Source of the DNA: Balanoglossus misakiensis
Lineage: Eukaryota > Animalia > Hemichordata
DNA: 64,000 nucleotides
Assembly (NCBI GenBank): GCA_040954595.2
Contig: CM082598.2
Location: 3,592,565-3,656,564 of the forward strand
Direction: 5' to 3'
The translations under genes and the position numbers were made by a program. Below the pieces are notes generated by a model, which worked only from the letters and a program-made list of their open reading frames with translations, made no database searches and was not told the DNA's origin. Numbering within the stretch: position 1 is the first letter of the stretch; each line of letters opens with the position of its first letter. Shown in pieces: positions 1-20,125 of the stretch.

Positions 1-3000
1 AACCCATGATTTATTTGTGAAAAAATTGGCCAAATCTATGATAATTAAAAAATCGGAAAATTGTGATTTTCGAAGAAAATCAAGGCGATAACCCATGATT
101 TTTGTGAAAAATGGCCAAATTTTGAAATTTAAAAAAGTCGGAAAATTGTGATTTTTCGATGAAAATCATGGCTATAACCCATGATTTTTGTGAAAAATGG
201 CCAAATTTTGAAAATTAAAAAGTCGGAAATTGTGATTTTCGATGAAAATCATGGGCTATAACCATGATTTTTGTGAAAAATGGCCAAATTTTGAAAATTA
301 AAAAGTCGGAAAATTGTGATTTTTCGATGAAAATCATGGCTATAACCCATGATTTTGTGAAAAATGGCCAAATTTTGAAAATTAAAAAAGTCGGAAAATT
401 GTGATTTTTCGATGAAAATCATGGGCTATAACCCATGATTTTTGTGAAAAATGGCCAAATTTTGAAATTAAAAAAGTCGGAAAATTGTGATTTTTCGATG
501 AAAATCATGGGCTATAACCCATGATTTTTGTGAAAAATGGCCAAATTTTGAAAATTAAAAAAGTCGGAAAATTGTGATTTTTCGATGAAAATCATGGGCT
601 ATAACCCATGATTTTTGTGAAAAATGGCCAAATTTTGAAAATTAAAAAAGTCGGAAAATTGTGATTTTTCGATGAAAATCATGGGCTATAACCCATGATT
701 TTTGTGAAAAATGGCCAAATTTTGAAATTAAAAAAGTCGGAAAAATTGTGATTTTTCGATGAAAATCATGGGCTATAACCCATGATTTTTGTGAAAAATG
801 GCCAAATTTTGAAAATTAAAAAGTCGGAAAATTGTGATTTTTTGATGAAAATCATTGGCTATAACCCATGATTTTTGTGAAAAATGGCCAAATTTTGAAA
901 ATTAAAACAGTCGGAAAATTGTGATTTTTTGATGAAAATCATGGGCTATAACCCATGATTTTTGTGAAAAATGGCCAAATTTTGAAAATTAAAAAAGTCG
1001 GAAATTGTGATTTTTGATGAAAATCAATGGGCTATAACCCATGATTTTTGTGAAAAATGGCCAAATTTTGAAAATTAAAAAAGTCGGAAAATTGTGATTT
1101 TTTGATGAAAATCATGGGCTATAACCCATGATTTTTGTGAAAAATGGCCAAATTTTGAAAATTAAAAAAGTCGGAAAATTGTGATTTTTTGATGAAAATC
1201 ATGGGCTATAACCCATGATTTTATGGGCTATAACCCAATTTTTAAAAATTAAAAAAGTCGGAAAATTGTGATTTTTTGATGAAAATCATGGGCTATAACC
1301 CATGATTTTTGTGAAAAATGGCCAAATTTTGAAAATTAAAAAGTCGGAAAATTGTGATTTTTTGATGAAAATCATGGGCTATAACCCATGATTTTTGTGA
1401 AAAATGGCCAATTTTGAAAATTAAAAAAGTCGGAAAATTGTGATTTTTTGATGAAAATCATGGGCTATAACCCATGATTTTTGTGAAAAATGGCCAAATT
1501 TTGAAAATTAAAAAAGTCGGAAAATTGTGATTTTTTGATGAAAATCATGGGCTATAACCCATGATTTTTGTGAAAAATGGCCAAATTTTGAAAATTAAAA
1601 AAGTCGGAAAATTGTGATTTTTTGATGAAAATCATGGGCTATAACCCATGATATTTGTGAAAAATGGCCAAATTTTGAAAATTAAAAAAGTCGGAAAATT
1701 GTGATTTTTCGAAGAAAATCATGGGCTATAACCCATGATTTTGTGAAAAATGGCCAAATTTTGAAAATTAAAAAAGTCGGAAAATTGTGATTTTTCGATG
1801 AAAATCATGGGCTATAACCCATGATTTTTGTGAAAAATGGCCAAATTTTGAAAATTAAAAAAGTCGGAAAATTGTGATTTTTCGATGAAAATCATGGGCT
1901 ATAACCCATGATTTTTGTGAAAAATGGCCAAATTTTGAAAATTAAAAAAGTCGGAAAATTGTGATTTTTCGATGAAAATCATGGGCTATAACCCATGATT
2001 TTTGTGAAAAATGGCCAAATTTTGAAAATTAAAAAAGTCGGAAAATTGTGATTTTTCGATGAAAATCATGGGCTATAACCCATGATTTTTGTGAAAAATG
2101 GCCAAATTTTGAAAATTAAAAAAGTCGGAAAATTGTGATTTTTCGATGAAAATCATGGGCTATAACCCATGATTTTTGTGAAAAATGGCCAAATTTTGAA
2201 AATTAAAAAAGTCGGAAAAATTGTGATTTTTCGATGAAAATCATGGGCTATAACCCATGATTTTTGTGAAAAATGGCCAAATTTTGAAAATTAAAAAAGT
2301 CGAAAATTTTTTTTGTGATTTTTTCGATGAAAATCATTGGCTATAACCCATGATTTTTGTGAAAAATGGCCAAATTTTGAAAATTAAAACAGTCGGAAAA
2401 TTGTGATTTTTGATGAAAATCATGGGCTATAACCCATGATTTTTGTGAAAAATGGCCAAATTTTGAAAATTAAAACAGTCGGAAAATTGTGATTTTTTGA
2501 TGAAAATCATGGGCTATAACCCATGATTTTTGTGAAAAATGGCCAATTTTGAAAATTAAAACAGTCGGAAAATTGTGATTTTTTGATGAAAATCATGGGC
2601 TATAACCCATGATTTTTGTGAAAAATGGCCAAATTTTGAAAATTAAAAAGTCGGAAAATTGTGATTTTTTGATGAAAATCATGGGCTATAACCCATGATT
2701 TTTGTGAAAAATGGCCAAATTTTGAAAATTAAAAAAGTCGGAAAATTGTGATTTTTTGATGAAAAGCATGGGCTATAACCCATGATTTTTGTGAAAAATG
2801 GCCAAATTTTGAAAATTAAAAAAGTCGGAAAATTGTGATTTTTCGATGAAAATCATGGGCTATAACCCATGATTTTTGTGAAAAATGGCCAAATTTTGAA
2901 AATTAAAAAAGTCGGAAAATTGTGATTTTTTGATGAAAATCATGGGCTATAACCCATGATTTTTGTGAAAAATGGCCAAATTTTGAAAATTAAAAAAGTC

Positions 3001-3036
3001 GGAAAATTGTGATTTTTTGATGAAAATCATGGGCTA
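1..3036. repeat. 87-bp tandem satellite, subfamily A (~35 copies; runs off the window start)
   Basis: Unit TGAAAAATGGCCAAATTTTGAAAATTAAAAAAGTCGGAAAATTGTGATTTTTCGATGAAAATCATGGGCTATAACCCATGATTTTTG. AAAATCATGG recurs at 1801, 1888 and 1975 (period 87). Each unit contains the inverted repeat AAAATCATGGG-ctataa-CCCATGATTTT. Confidence 0.97.
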
Positions 3037-5281
3037 CTCATGAAAATCGTCAAAAAATGACAATTTTTCGACTTTGCGGAATTTCAAAATTTGGCCGATT
3101 TTTTTAAAAAATCATGGGTTATAGCACATGAAAATCGTCAAAAAATGACAATTTTTCGACAGTGCGGAATTTCAAAATTTGGCCGATTTTTGAAAAAATC
3201 GTGGGTTATAGCTCATGAAAATCGTCAAAAAATGACAATTTTTAGACTTGGCGGAATTTCAAAATTTGGCCGATTTTTGAAAAAATCATGGGTTATAGCT
3301 CATGAAAATCGTCAAAAAATGACAATTTTTCGACTGTGCGGAATTTCAAAATTTGGCCGATTTTTGAAAAAATCCATGGGTTATAGCTCATGAAAATCGT
3401 CAAAAAATGACAATTTTCGACTTTGCGGAATTTCAAAATTTGGCCGATTTTTGAAAAAATCATGGGTTAAAGCTCATGAAATCGTCAAAAAATGACAATT
3501 TTTCGACTTTGCGGAATTTCAAAATTTGGCCGATTTTTTTAAAAAATCATGGGTTATAGCTCATGAAAATCGTCAAAAAATGACAATTTTTCGACTGTGC
3601 GGAATTTCAAAATTTGGCCGATTTTTGAAAAAATCATGGGTTATAGCTCATGAAAATCGTCAAAAAATGACAATTTTTCGACTGTGCGGAATTTCAAAAT
3701 TTGGCCGATTTTTGAAAAAATCATGGGTTATAGCTCATGAAAATCGTCAAAAAATGACAATTTTTCGACTGTGCGGAATTTCAAAATTTGGCCGATTTTG
3801 GAAAAAATCATGGGTTATAGCTCATGAAAATCGTCAAAAAATGACAATTTTTCGACTGTGCGGAATTTCAAAATTTGGCCGATTTTCGAAAAAATCATGG
3901 GTTATAGCTCATGAAAATCGTCAAAAAATGACAATTTTTCGACTGTGCGGAATTTCAAAATTTGGCCGATTTTTGAAAAAATCATGGGTTAAAGCTCATG
4001 AAAATCGTCAAAAAATGACAATTTTTCGACTTTGCGGAATTTCAAAATTTGGCCGATTTTTGAAAAAATCATGGGTTATAGCTCATGAAAATCGTCAAAA
4101 AATGACAATTTTTCGACTTTGCGGAATTTCAAAATTTGGCCGATTTTGAAAAATCATGGGTTATTAGCTCATGAAAATCGTCAAAAAATGACAATTTTTC
4201 GACTGTGCGGAATTTCAAAATTTGGCCGATTTTTGAAAAAATCATGGGTTATAGCTCATGAAAATCGTCAAAAAATGACAATTTTTCGACTGTGGCGGAA
4301 TTTCAAAATTTGGCCGATTTTTGAAAAAATCATGGGTTATAGCTCATGAAAATCGTCAAAAAATGACAATTTTTCGACTGTGCGGAATTTCAAAATTTGG
4401 CCGATTTTTGAAAAAATCATGGGTTATAGCTCATGAAAATCGTCAAAAAATGACAATTTTTCGACTTTGCGGAATTTCAAAAAAAGCTCATGAAATTCGT
4501 CAAAAAATGACAATTTTTCGACTTTGCGGAATTTCAAAATTTGGCGGATTTTTTTAAAAAATCATGGGTTATAGCTCATGAAAATCGTCAAAAAATGACA
4601 ATTTTTCGACTGTGCGGAATTTCAAAATTTGGCCGATTTTTGAAAAAATCATGGGTTATAGCTCATGAAAATCGTCAAAAAATGACAATTTTTCGACTTT
4701 GCGGAATTTCAAAATTTGGCCGATTTTTGAAAAAATCATGGGTTAAAGCTCATGAAATTCGTCAAAAAATGACAATTTTTCGACTTTGCGGAATTTCAAA
4801 ATTTGGCGGATTTTTTTAAAAAATCATGGGTTATAGCTCATGAAAATCGTCAAAAAATGACAATTTTTCGACTGTGCGGAATTTCAAAATTTGGCCGATT
4901 TTTGAAAAAATCGTGGGTTATAGCTCATGAAAATCGTCAAAAAATGACAATTTTTAGACTTGGCGGAATTTCAAAATTTGGCCGATTTTTGAAAAAATCA
5001 TGGGTTATAGCTCATGAAAATCGTCAAAAAATGACAATTTTTCGACTGTGCGGAATTTCAAAATTTGGCCGATTTTTGAAAAAATCATGGGTTATAGCTC
5101 ATGAAAATCGTCAAAAAATGACAATTTTTCGACTTTGCGGAATTTCAAAATTTGTCCGATTTTTGAAAAAATCATGGGTTATAGCTCATGAAAATCGTCA
5201 AAAAATGACAATTTTTCGACTTTGCGGAATTTCAAAATTTGGCCGATTTTTGAAAAAATCATGGGTTATAGCTCATGAAAA

Positions 5282-5284
<3 letters not shown>
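3037..5284. repeat. 87-bp tandem satellite, subfamily B (~26 copies), inverted relative to subfamily A
   Basis: Unit GGAATTTCAAAATTTGGCCGATTTTTGAAAAAATCATGGGTTATAGCTCATGAAAATCGTCAAAAAATGACAATTTTTCGACTGTGC (3601-3687). Its reverse complement aligns to the A unit at roughly 80% by hand. It produces the 29-aa repeat ORFs in the track. Confidence 0.97.
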
Positions 5285-5317
<33 letters not shown>

Positions 5318-6768
5318 TCCCTTCCCTTCCCCCCTTCCCCCCCTCTCTCTCTCCCCTTCCCCTTCCCCCCTTCTCTCCCTCCCACTCTCTCCCACTCCCA
5401 CTCTCTCCCACTCTCTCACACACCCTGTCTCACACACCCTCTCTCTCTCACACACACTCTCTCTCTCTCACTCTCTCTCACACTCTCTCTCTCACACTCT
5501 CTTTCTCACACTCTCTTTCTCACACTCTCTCTCTCACACACTCTCTCTCACACTCTCTCTCACACTCTCTCTCACACTCCCTCTCTCTCACTCTCTCTCT
5601 CACACTCTCTCTCACACACACTCTCTCACACTCTCTCTCACACTCTCTCTCTCACACTCTCTTTCTCACACTCTCTCTCTCACACACTCTCTCACACACT
5701 CTCTCACACACTCTCTCTCACACTCTCTCTCACACTCTCTCTCTCACACTCTCTCTCTCACACTCTCTCTCTCACACTCTCTCTCTCACACACTCTCTCA
5801 CACTCTCTCTCACACTCTCTCTCACACTCTCTCTCTCACACTCTCTCTCTCACACACTCTCTCACACTCTCTCTCACACACTCTCTCTCACACTCTCTTT
5901 CTCACACTCTCTCTCTCTCACACACTCTCTCACACTCTCTCTCACACTCTCTCTCACACACTCTCTTTCTCACACTCTCTTTCTCACACTCTCTCTCTCA
6001 CACTCTCTCTCACACTCTCTCTCTCACTCTCTTTCTCACACTCTCTTTCTCACACTCTCTCTCTCACACTCTCTCTCTCACACACTCTCTCACACTCTCT
6101 CTCACACTCTCTCTCTCACACTCTCTCTCTCACACTCTCTCTCTCACACACTCTCTCACACTCTCTCTCACACTCTCTCTCTCACATACTCTCTCTCACA
6201 CACTCTCTCTCACACTCTCTCTCTCACACTCTCTCTCTCACACTCTCTCTCACACTCTCTCTCACACTCTCTCTCTCACACACTCTCTCACACTCTCTCT
6301 CACACTCTCTCTCTCACACTCTCTTTCTCACACTCTCTCTCTCACACACTCTCTCACACTCTCTCTCACACACTCTCTCTCACACTCTCTCTCACACTCT
6401 CTCTCTCACACTCTCTCTCACACTCTCTCTCTCACACACTCTCTCTCACACTCTCTCTCACACTCTCTCTCTCACACTCTCTCTCACACTCTCTCTCTCA
6501 CACACTCTCTCTCACACTCTCTCTCTCACACACTCTCTCACACTCTCTCTCACACTCTCTCTCTCACACTCTCTCTCTCACACTCTCTCTCTCACACACT
6601 CTCTCTCACACTCTCTCTCACACTCTCTCTCTCACACTCTCTCTCACACTCTCTCTCTCACACACTCTCTCTCACACTCTCTCTCTCACACACTCTCTCA
6701 CACTCTCTCTCACTCTCTCTGTCTCACACTCTCTCTCTCACTCACACACTCTCTCTCACACTCACACA
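5285..6768. repeat. compound (CT)n/(CA)n microsatellite, starting with a C-rich polypyrimidine tract
   Basis: About 1.5 kb of CTCTCTCACA-type units, with almost no G on the + strand. Confidence 0.97.
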
Positions 6769-8321
6769 TCGCAGCAGTTGAAGTTTAGCCACCCCAAAAG
6801 CACATCACATCGACAACAGGTATGTACTTCAACAGTTTATATTATTGCCAGTCCTTGCTCCGTCAAGCTGGCCCCTATTTCCACGTCGATTTTGCTTAGC
6901 TTGATTTTAAACGCGTCGCATGTAGAAGGTACGATCGACAGACTAGGGTGTGGTTCGCGTGTTTGGGTGTGGTTCGATGGCGCGAACTTTTTATAGCTTT
7001 CCGTTCTGAGCATCATCGCGGCCAAGTCAAACTCTTCCATGCACCTTATGAATATGCCACACGCTAAAAAACTAGCAAGTGGTTGAATTGACAAAAAAAA
7101 GACGATTTTGCCAAGGATTTCTGTAATTTGGACTTGATGTTCGAATTTGGTAAGCGACAGTTACCGCATTTGAGACGGAATAAGGTCTTTGTCCTGTGTG
7201 GTTTTGACTTCTATGGAAATATCTAACCGATCCTTTCCATTTTTCAATTTCTTACAGGAATACACAATAATGCAAGGAAATCATACGCGGTCTTCGTCCT
7301 CCATTGTCCAGTTGGAAAATTAACAGGAAGAGAACAATCTGCGGCCATAGTTGAGGGTTCCCAGTCATATTCGTGAATATGGAAAACCAAGCTGTAAATT
7401 CTTCATCAAGAGGGATGTACATTGCAATGCCCTAGAAAGAAATGCCGTCAAATTGTGTGTTTTACTTCAGAGTTTTTAAGCGGTATCAAATGACCACATT
7501 ATTTTAATCCGAGTTGATAATGATGAATTTACCGAGTGGTGTAAAATCCTTGAAATTAAACAGAAATGGTTACATATGTACACACATATGTACACACACA
7601 CACACACACACATGTCTCTCTGTTTACTATTACTTAAAACTCTTACTTCGGAAACATTTTCTCTTATATATTTTATTACATTTGGAAGATGCAGTTTCAA
7701 AATGAGTAGAAATGACATGATTAAAATGAAAGGCAAAACCCCTTGAAAATAGTCTACATGTACATCACTAATTGATCAAAAAAGTAAATTTCAAAACTTA
7801 CGTTGGGCCAAGCATTTCTCTTCTAAGCTTCTCTTACATAGGCAAGGTTGGGAAGTCCACCTCGTGTTAAATTTCATGGTTATTGCATAGAATAAAGTTC
7901 ACTGATTTTTTAGACAATTTGAAAATTTATGTAAATAATAAGAATGTCGGTAACTCTCACGGCTAGAGCTTAGGTAGCGTGTGGAGTTGTAAAACTTTGT
8001 TTTGCCGGCCAATGTTAGTTAATCAGCCATCAAGTTAGTTTCTGGATTCAACTGTTCATGACCGAATAACAGGATTTGCTTTGTGAGAAACGCAATGCAA
8101 AAATTTCGCAGCCAAATGAAAAGTTTCAATCTCTTTTGTACAAAATTCAGCCCATACCTATCAGGAAAAAATCTTCATTTCAAAAAGTACCATAACACAT
8201 ACAGAGAGCTAAATTTGCAAACATTGAAAATATACATATGGACATTTTTTCATCTGCTTGTCCCAAGAATGGACAGTGCCAGATTTAAAGTGAAGGGGTC
8301 ATTGGCCACATTTTTATGTTA

Positions 8322-8479
8322 ATAAACATTAAAGTTCATCTACAAATCCCTGAAATTAGATGATTCTTAGAATGAACGAAGCAGCTAACCGTAGCGTAGA
8401 CTGGGCATGACGGCAACTTAAGATCCTAGTAGGTTGTGGCGACTGCAATGAGGTTTGTACTGGTATGCGAGGACATATT
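8322..8479. repeat. dispersed ~158-bp repeat, copy 1 (transposon fragment?)
   Basis: Colinear with 48545-48702. Both share GTAGCGTAGACnGGGCATGACnGCAACTnAAGATCCTAGTAGGTTGTGGCGACTGCA. Confidence 0.8.
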
Positions 8480-9549
8480 CTCGTCATCAAACATACTAAA
8501 TGTCCCCCCGGCGGCCATTTTGAATATCTCATTTACATATTGAAAGTGTATCTGATTGCACACATGTGACAATCAAAATTCAGATCGAAAATGACCCAAA
8601 ATTGTGGCACACAGTCTAAAAACAAAAATGACTGTTTTAAAGACAACATTATCATTGAACACGTTGAACATCAATGCACCAAACTTAGCAATCACAGTAA
8701 AGTACATAAGTTCCACTGTGGAAATAATGAATTTGAAAACTTGTGTAAAAATTGCTTTTGAATATAAGAGTGAAAATTTATTGATATTTAAAATGTTATG
8801 AGAGTCAGTCTAAGGAAATATTAATTTTCTGTGAGAGAACTACAGATGAACAAATCATCGTATAATGATCAAGACTATAAATTTTAATACGGTATCTACT
8901 ATCTAAGCCACTATCAGAAGCAATAAATAAAACATTTGAAACACAGTATGAGGTCAATGTTTTGTCACATTCAGTTATCATTTTTAGGATAAAGTTGCCA
9001 ATTTTGACATTGGTTTGGTTATTTTAGTTCCTTCTGATATCTTCTGTTCTGTTCACTGAAGAAAGCTTAATGTGGATGTATAACACATGTAATTTTTGGT
9101 CGATACCAGAAACTTTCATCAGAGTATTCAAGTGTTTAATATGCACATGTACAAAGCATGAGTCGAGTTGTGACAACTTGTCATTGTTGTGTTACAGAAT
9201 AAAATAAACAAGAAACCAAACAACACACAATTCGGTGTCTTTGTCTCTTTATAAAGTCTGGTTTTGTTTTCGCTTATTTCAGAAACACTAGAGTAGCTAA
9301 AAAAGCCATATTTCTTATCAATTTATCAATAAAGCAAAATAACTGGGAGTATATTGTTTACCGCGAGAATTCCCCCTGGTTGCCGAACTCGAATTTTCTA
9401 GGGTCCTCAGGAAATGCACCTACCTGGGCAGAACTTCAAAAATTTGCATAATATTCCCCTAATAATGGTGGTAATATCCAAAATTCGGTCCAATACTGTC
9501 AATGGATTGCTCATCCTACATAAACACTATGTTATACGAAGACATAATT

Positions 9550-13124
<3,575 letters not shown>

Positions 13125-13254
13125 TTTGGAAGCTCTGGATAACGTTGGGTATCGGAGAAATGTTTTAACAGTTGTCAAACCGCCATGGAAACAGGCCCAG
13201 TTGATCCTTATTCCAGAAAAAAAAATGTACAGCGCTGATCGTTGACTGTACACA

Positions 13255-13490
13255 CTGTAGCCGGAAATGACTAAAGATGGCGCTGATGATATTTAATATG
13301 CAAATTTATTCGAGCGAAACTGTCCCATCCAGGAATCTGAGAGGCAAGCGGTGATTCAGAGAAACTTCGTTGCTATGTCAACGGATTCCAGAAAGTTTTA
13401 TCACGGGATACTGAGCTGTGTTTGTCCGGAAGCGTCCGTGTTCCTGTACACGTTGAACACGAAGCTTATAAACAGTCAGAGGGCGCTATT
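13255..13490. promoter_or_regulatory. probable R-Ras promoter region
   Basis: Just upstream of the ATG exon: ETS-like CCGGAAAT (13261), YY1-like AAGATGGCG (13274), octamer ATGCAAAT (13298) and CTCF-like CAGAGGGCGCTA (13477). These are motif matches only. Confidence 0.5.
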
Positions 13491-15286
13491 CTTGACCTTC
13501 CAACACGTTCCGTGACCTTTTGCTGACCCGAAACCAACCCCTCCCTTTACAAGTTGCACACCGCTTTATAAGTCAACAGGCAGTGAAAGAAAATGAAACA
13601 TTTATGTATTATCCGTGCCTATACAAACACATTCAAAAAAGTAAAATAAAATAGACTTACGCATAATACCTACGTACCTGGCTGCAATGATTTTGACTAG
13701 TGTGTCCGCGACCCCATGTGACGGCGAGCCTAATTTATTAAAAACAGAAATAACAGAAATTACAGATAGTCATCTTTTGGGAGGCCTGTTGCACTTTGTT
13801 TTGTTGTAATACTCATATTCTGGCTGAACAACGTTGCGATTCTTTCGTTTTCAGCTACCAACGTACAATGAGCCCTCTATCGACCAAGCGAGGACATAAG
13901 TAACGAGCCTATTGGGAAATTAAAATACTTTCTTAAAATAAAATTAAACAGTATATGCATGTACGTACATCATCTTGATTGCGATTTCGACGGGAGATAT
14001 TTAAAACAGCAAGTGATTTCAGTATATACTTAATAGGTTCAATCGACGGGGATTTTCACGCGTCCGTTCACGAGTAGGCCTATTTTTGATAGAATCTGAA
14101 CATATGTTTTGAAACGTTTTTTTATTGAATTCGAAAAAAGGGTTAAACTCATATAAAAAACACCGGGTTAAGTCACGATTTTCTAACAATTCACGACCGT
14201 CGTTGCTGTTTGAGGTGAATTCAACCCGACAGACCCGAACTCAAACCCTACCCAATTGTAAAAAATTTGAAGCTATCGTTGCTGTCATTGACGACAATCA
14301 GAACGTCACCACTAGTGCAACGGCCGTCTCCATTTACATTCTCTTCCTTAGAATAATCTGTTTTTCTCCAAGCTCATCTCTTAATGAGGTGTGACACGGA
14401 GCGATGTTGCTGTCTGTCACAATCAGCTCGCCCGTCGACAAACTCTCAAAGCGCGACGCGTTCAGCATAAATTGCCAACGACACAAAGTACCGAACTACG
14501 CATGTCACGACGAACGGCGAACACGTTGAGGTCACTCGGGGATACCTTGCAGACAGACAGCGTATCATTATCGCGAGCGTTGTCGAGTGCTACACACAAG
14601 ACAAGACAGAACTCATCTTGAAGACACTTAAGGGGAAATTAGAATGATATAACGATTGCCACGGCTTGAAAATTCACCATCAAACTGAACGGTGAGTTCG
14701 ACACAGAGAAATTTCCTTGTTTATATTTTTTAAAACATGGTATATTTTTCCTCAGATCACGACTGGCGTGATATGCATGTCGCGGTGTATAACTTTTGAA
14801 TAATTGATTGTTTCCAATTGCGCTCACAAATCGATTCCCGTCGTCATGACGACGGAAAGTGGATGATTACTGCGCTCTGGGCGGTTCCAGTGATTTTTGT
14901 TCAGATTCTTTTTTTGTGTGACTTAAATAGACAGGTATGGATGATATCAGTTTCCAGACGATTGGGATCGTCCCTGACGGCGCAAGTCGAATACGATGGC
15001 TTATGATATTCTTAGCTTGAATTAGCCCACTTTTGATCTGTGAGTGACGTATTAACGTCTTATCCAATCAGAAACCACGATGTAGTGTCATCCATGAGAG
15101 ACTTTGTGTTTTCACAAATTCTTTGACTGGAATAGAATACTCAATAGTCTACGTGAGGGAAAAAATACTGGTAAAAAGGTTATCTGAAAACTATACCATT
15201 TTTTACCGTTTTTCTGCTTGTTTTATCAGTGCCTTAAAATAGACGTGGTCACCTGTTCCTTTTACGCCATATACTCCGATGGCAGT

Positions 15287-15300
15287 GTTTCTATGACAAC
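15287..15300. promoter_or_regulatory. RFX X-box motif
   Basis: GTTTCT-AT-GACAAC fits the RYYNYY-WW-RRNRAC consensus and lies ~1.5 kb upstream of the + strand gene. Confidence 0.4.
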
Positions 15301-16780
15301 GTTATTATGTGAAAATGTAGCGAATTTGATCGCCTGACAAATGTCATTATATAACCCGGTTGATTTTTTTAATTCTGCATAACTGAGAGAATTTTCGTTC
15401 AACTGTTATTCCTCCAAAGAAATTACATGGCGGTTTTTCAGCTACGCTGAACGACCGCTTTTCAATCAAAAAATACCATACGATATTTTGTTTGTAATAT
15501 AAAGTCGAAGCATATGCTACAGTCTACCGCGTATTGACGCACGCTGATCGCAAAGCTCAAGATTAAATGACTAATACCTGCATATGTTGACATTTTAAAA
15601 ATCTATATTTATTTCAATATGTGTATTACGAATTAGATCGATCAGCTCAGTTTGGTGAATGTATAATGATCTCTTTCCAAACTAGAATGCAAGAGAGACG
15701 AACTGTTCTTTTCAAGCCCGGGTCGACTTCACTTTAATTTAACTTCTACGTCATCAGCGTTTTACTAATTAAAAGCTAACGCCTAGCCACGAAGCTTCGA
15801 GACCTGGCTACGTGTGGAGATTACTGAGTTAAAATTTCATTTTAATTGGTGTGCCTTTGTCAGTGTACTTTTCTCGCGGTAATTCAAAAATGTAAAGATC
15901 GCCTTATGCATATGTGCCAAAGCAAAGACTCTAGTCACAAGATCTGCAGTGTACTGTCCTAACAACAGACAAGATGGCGGCGACCATAGCCTGTGTCAGA
16001 GAGATCGGGAAAAGTCAGAAAATGGTCCATGGTGAAAATGAGGGACAAAACTAATTAAAGTGTACTTCTCTGTCTAACTGCACTCTTTATTAACATACAG
16101 CTTTCGGTGAATGCGAGGCGTTCATCGAATTCGACATCTATCACGTCTAAATATGCCAACATCTGCTGTCACTCACCAGAACCCGAGTTGTGTGAAGAAT
16201 TTCAATTAACAAAAAAGCTGATGTGATGTTGTTGAAAATTAAACTGCATGTTCTTGCTTTAACTACATCTCACGTTACCTGCCTGGTTTATGATTTAGGC
16301 CAAGTGATAAAAATGATTAAAACGAGACAGTGACATCTTGTCTGAGGACACACACGTACAAAACATATCCCTGGCTTGGTGTCTTCACTCTCTATTTGCT
16401 TCCTATAGGAATGAGTGACAGTTAATCAACTTCTGTAGCATTCACTGGACTCAGTTTAACACTTTCTGTTGTAACCTCCACACAATAATGAACAACGACG
16501 CCTGTCGTCGGTGACTGCATGTACAGTTTTGTACCCTTTTCAGGCAAACGACACGGCGTCTTGCTCGTGTGTTGATTGCGCTGTTTCAGAACAAGTCACT
16601 CTGGATTCAGCGTTCACAGGTTACGGCGCAGGTGTTGAAGAAGGAAGAGGGGATTATAGGTGTGTATTAACGTTCAGGGTGATATGCTCAGACTCAGAGT
16701 TGAGATTTCAAGTGAACGACCGCTGCCATATTGGATTATTCGGATACAAGGAATATTTTCTTGGACATACCGAAATCTGG

Positions 16781-20125
<3,345 letters not shown>

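Noticed and set aside
1-500. Higher divergence of the first satellite units
   Set aside because: Mostly homopolymer-length indels, consistent with low-coverage consensus error near a contig end.
1-5284. CRISPR-like appearance (regular palindromic repeats)
   Set aside because: There are no unique spacers and no cas genes, and the context is eukaryotic with introns. The same applies to the 62-bp arrays.
3091-6996. Long ORFs (up to 661 aa) with KKSWVIAHENRQ... and SHTL repeats
   Set aside because: They are by-products of an 87-bp (multiple of 3) satellite and a stop-free CT/CA microsatellite, broken by frequent frameshifts, with mostly non-ATG starts.
6770-7440. Possible exons (donor CAG|GTATGT at 6820, acceptor TTACAG at 7257) and the 85-aa minus-strand ORF
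   Set aside because: No sustained reading frame and no recognisable protein.
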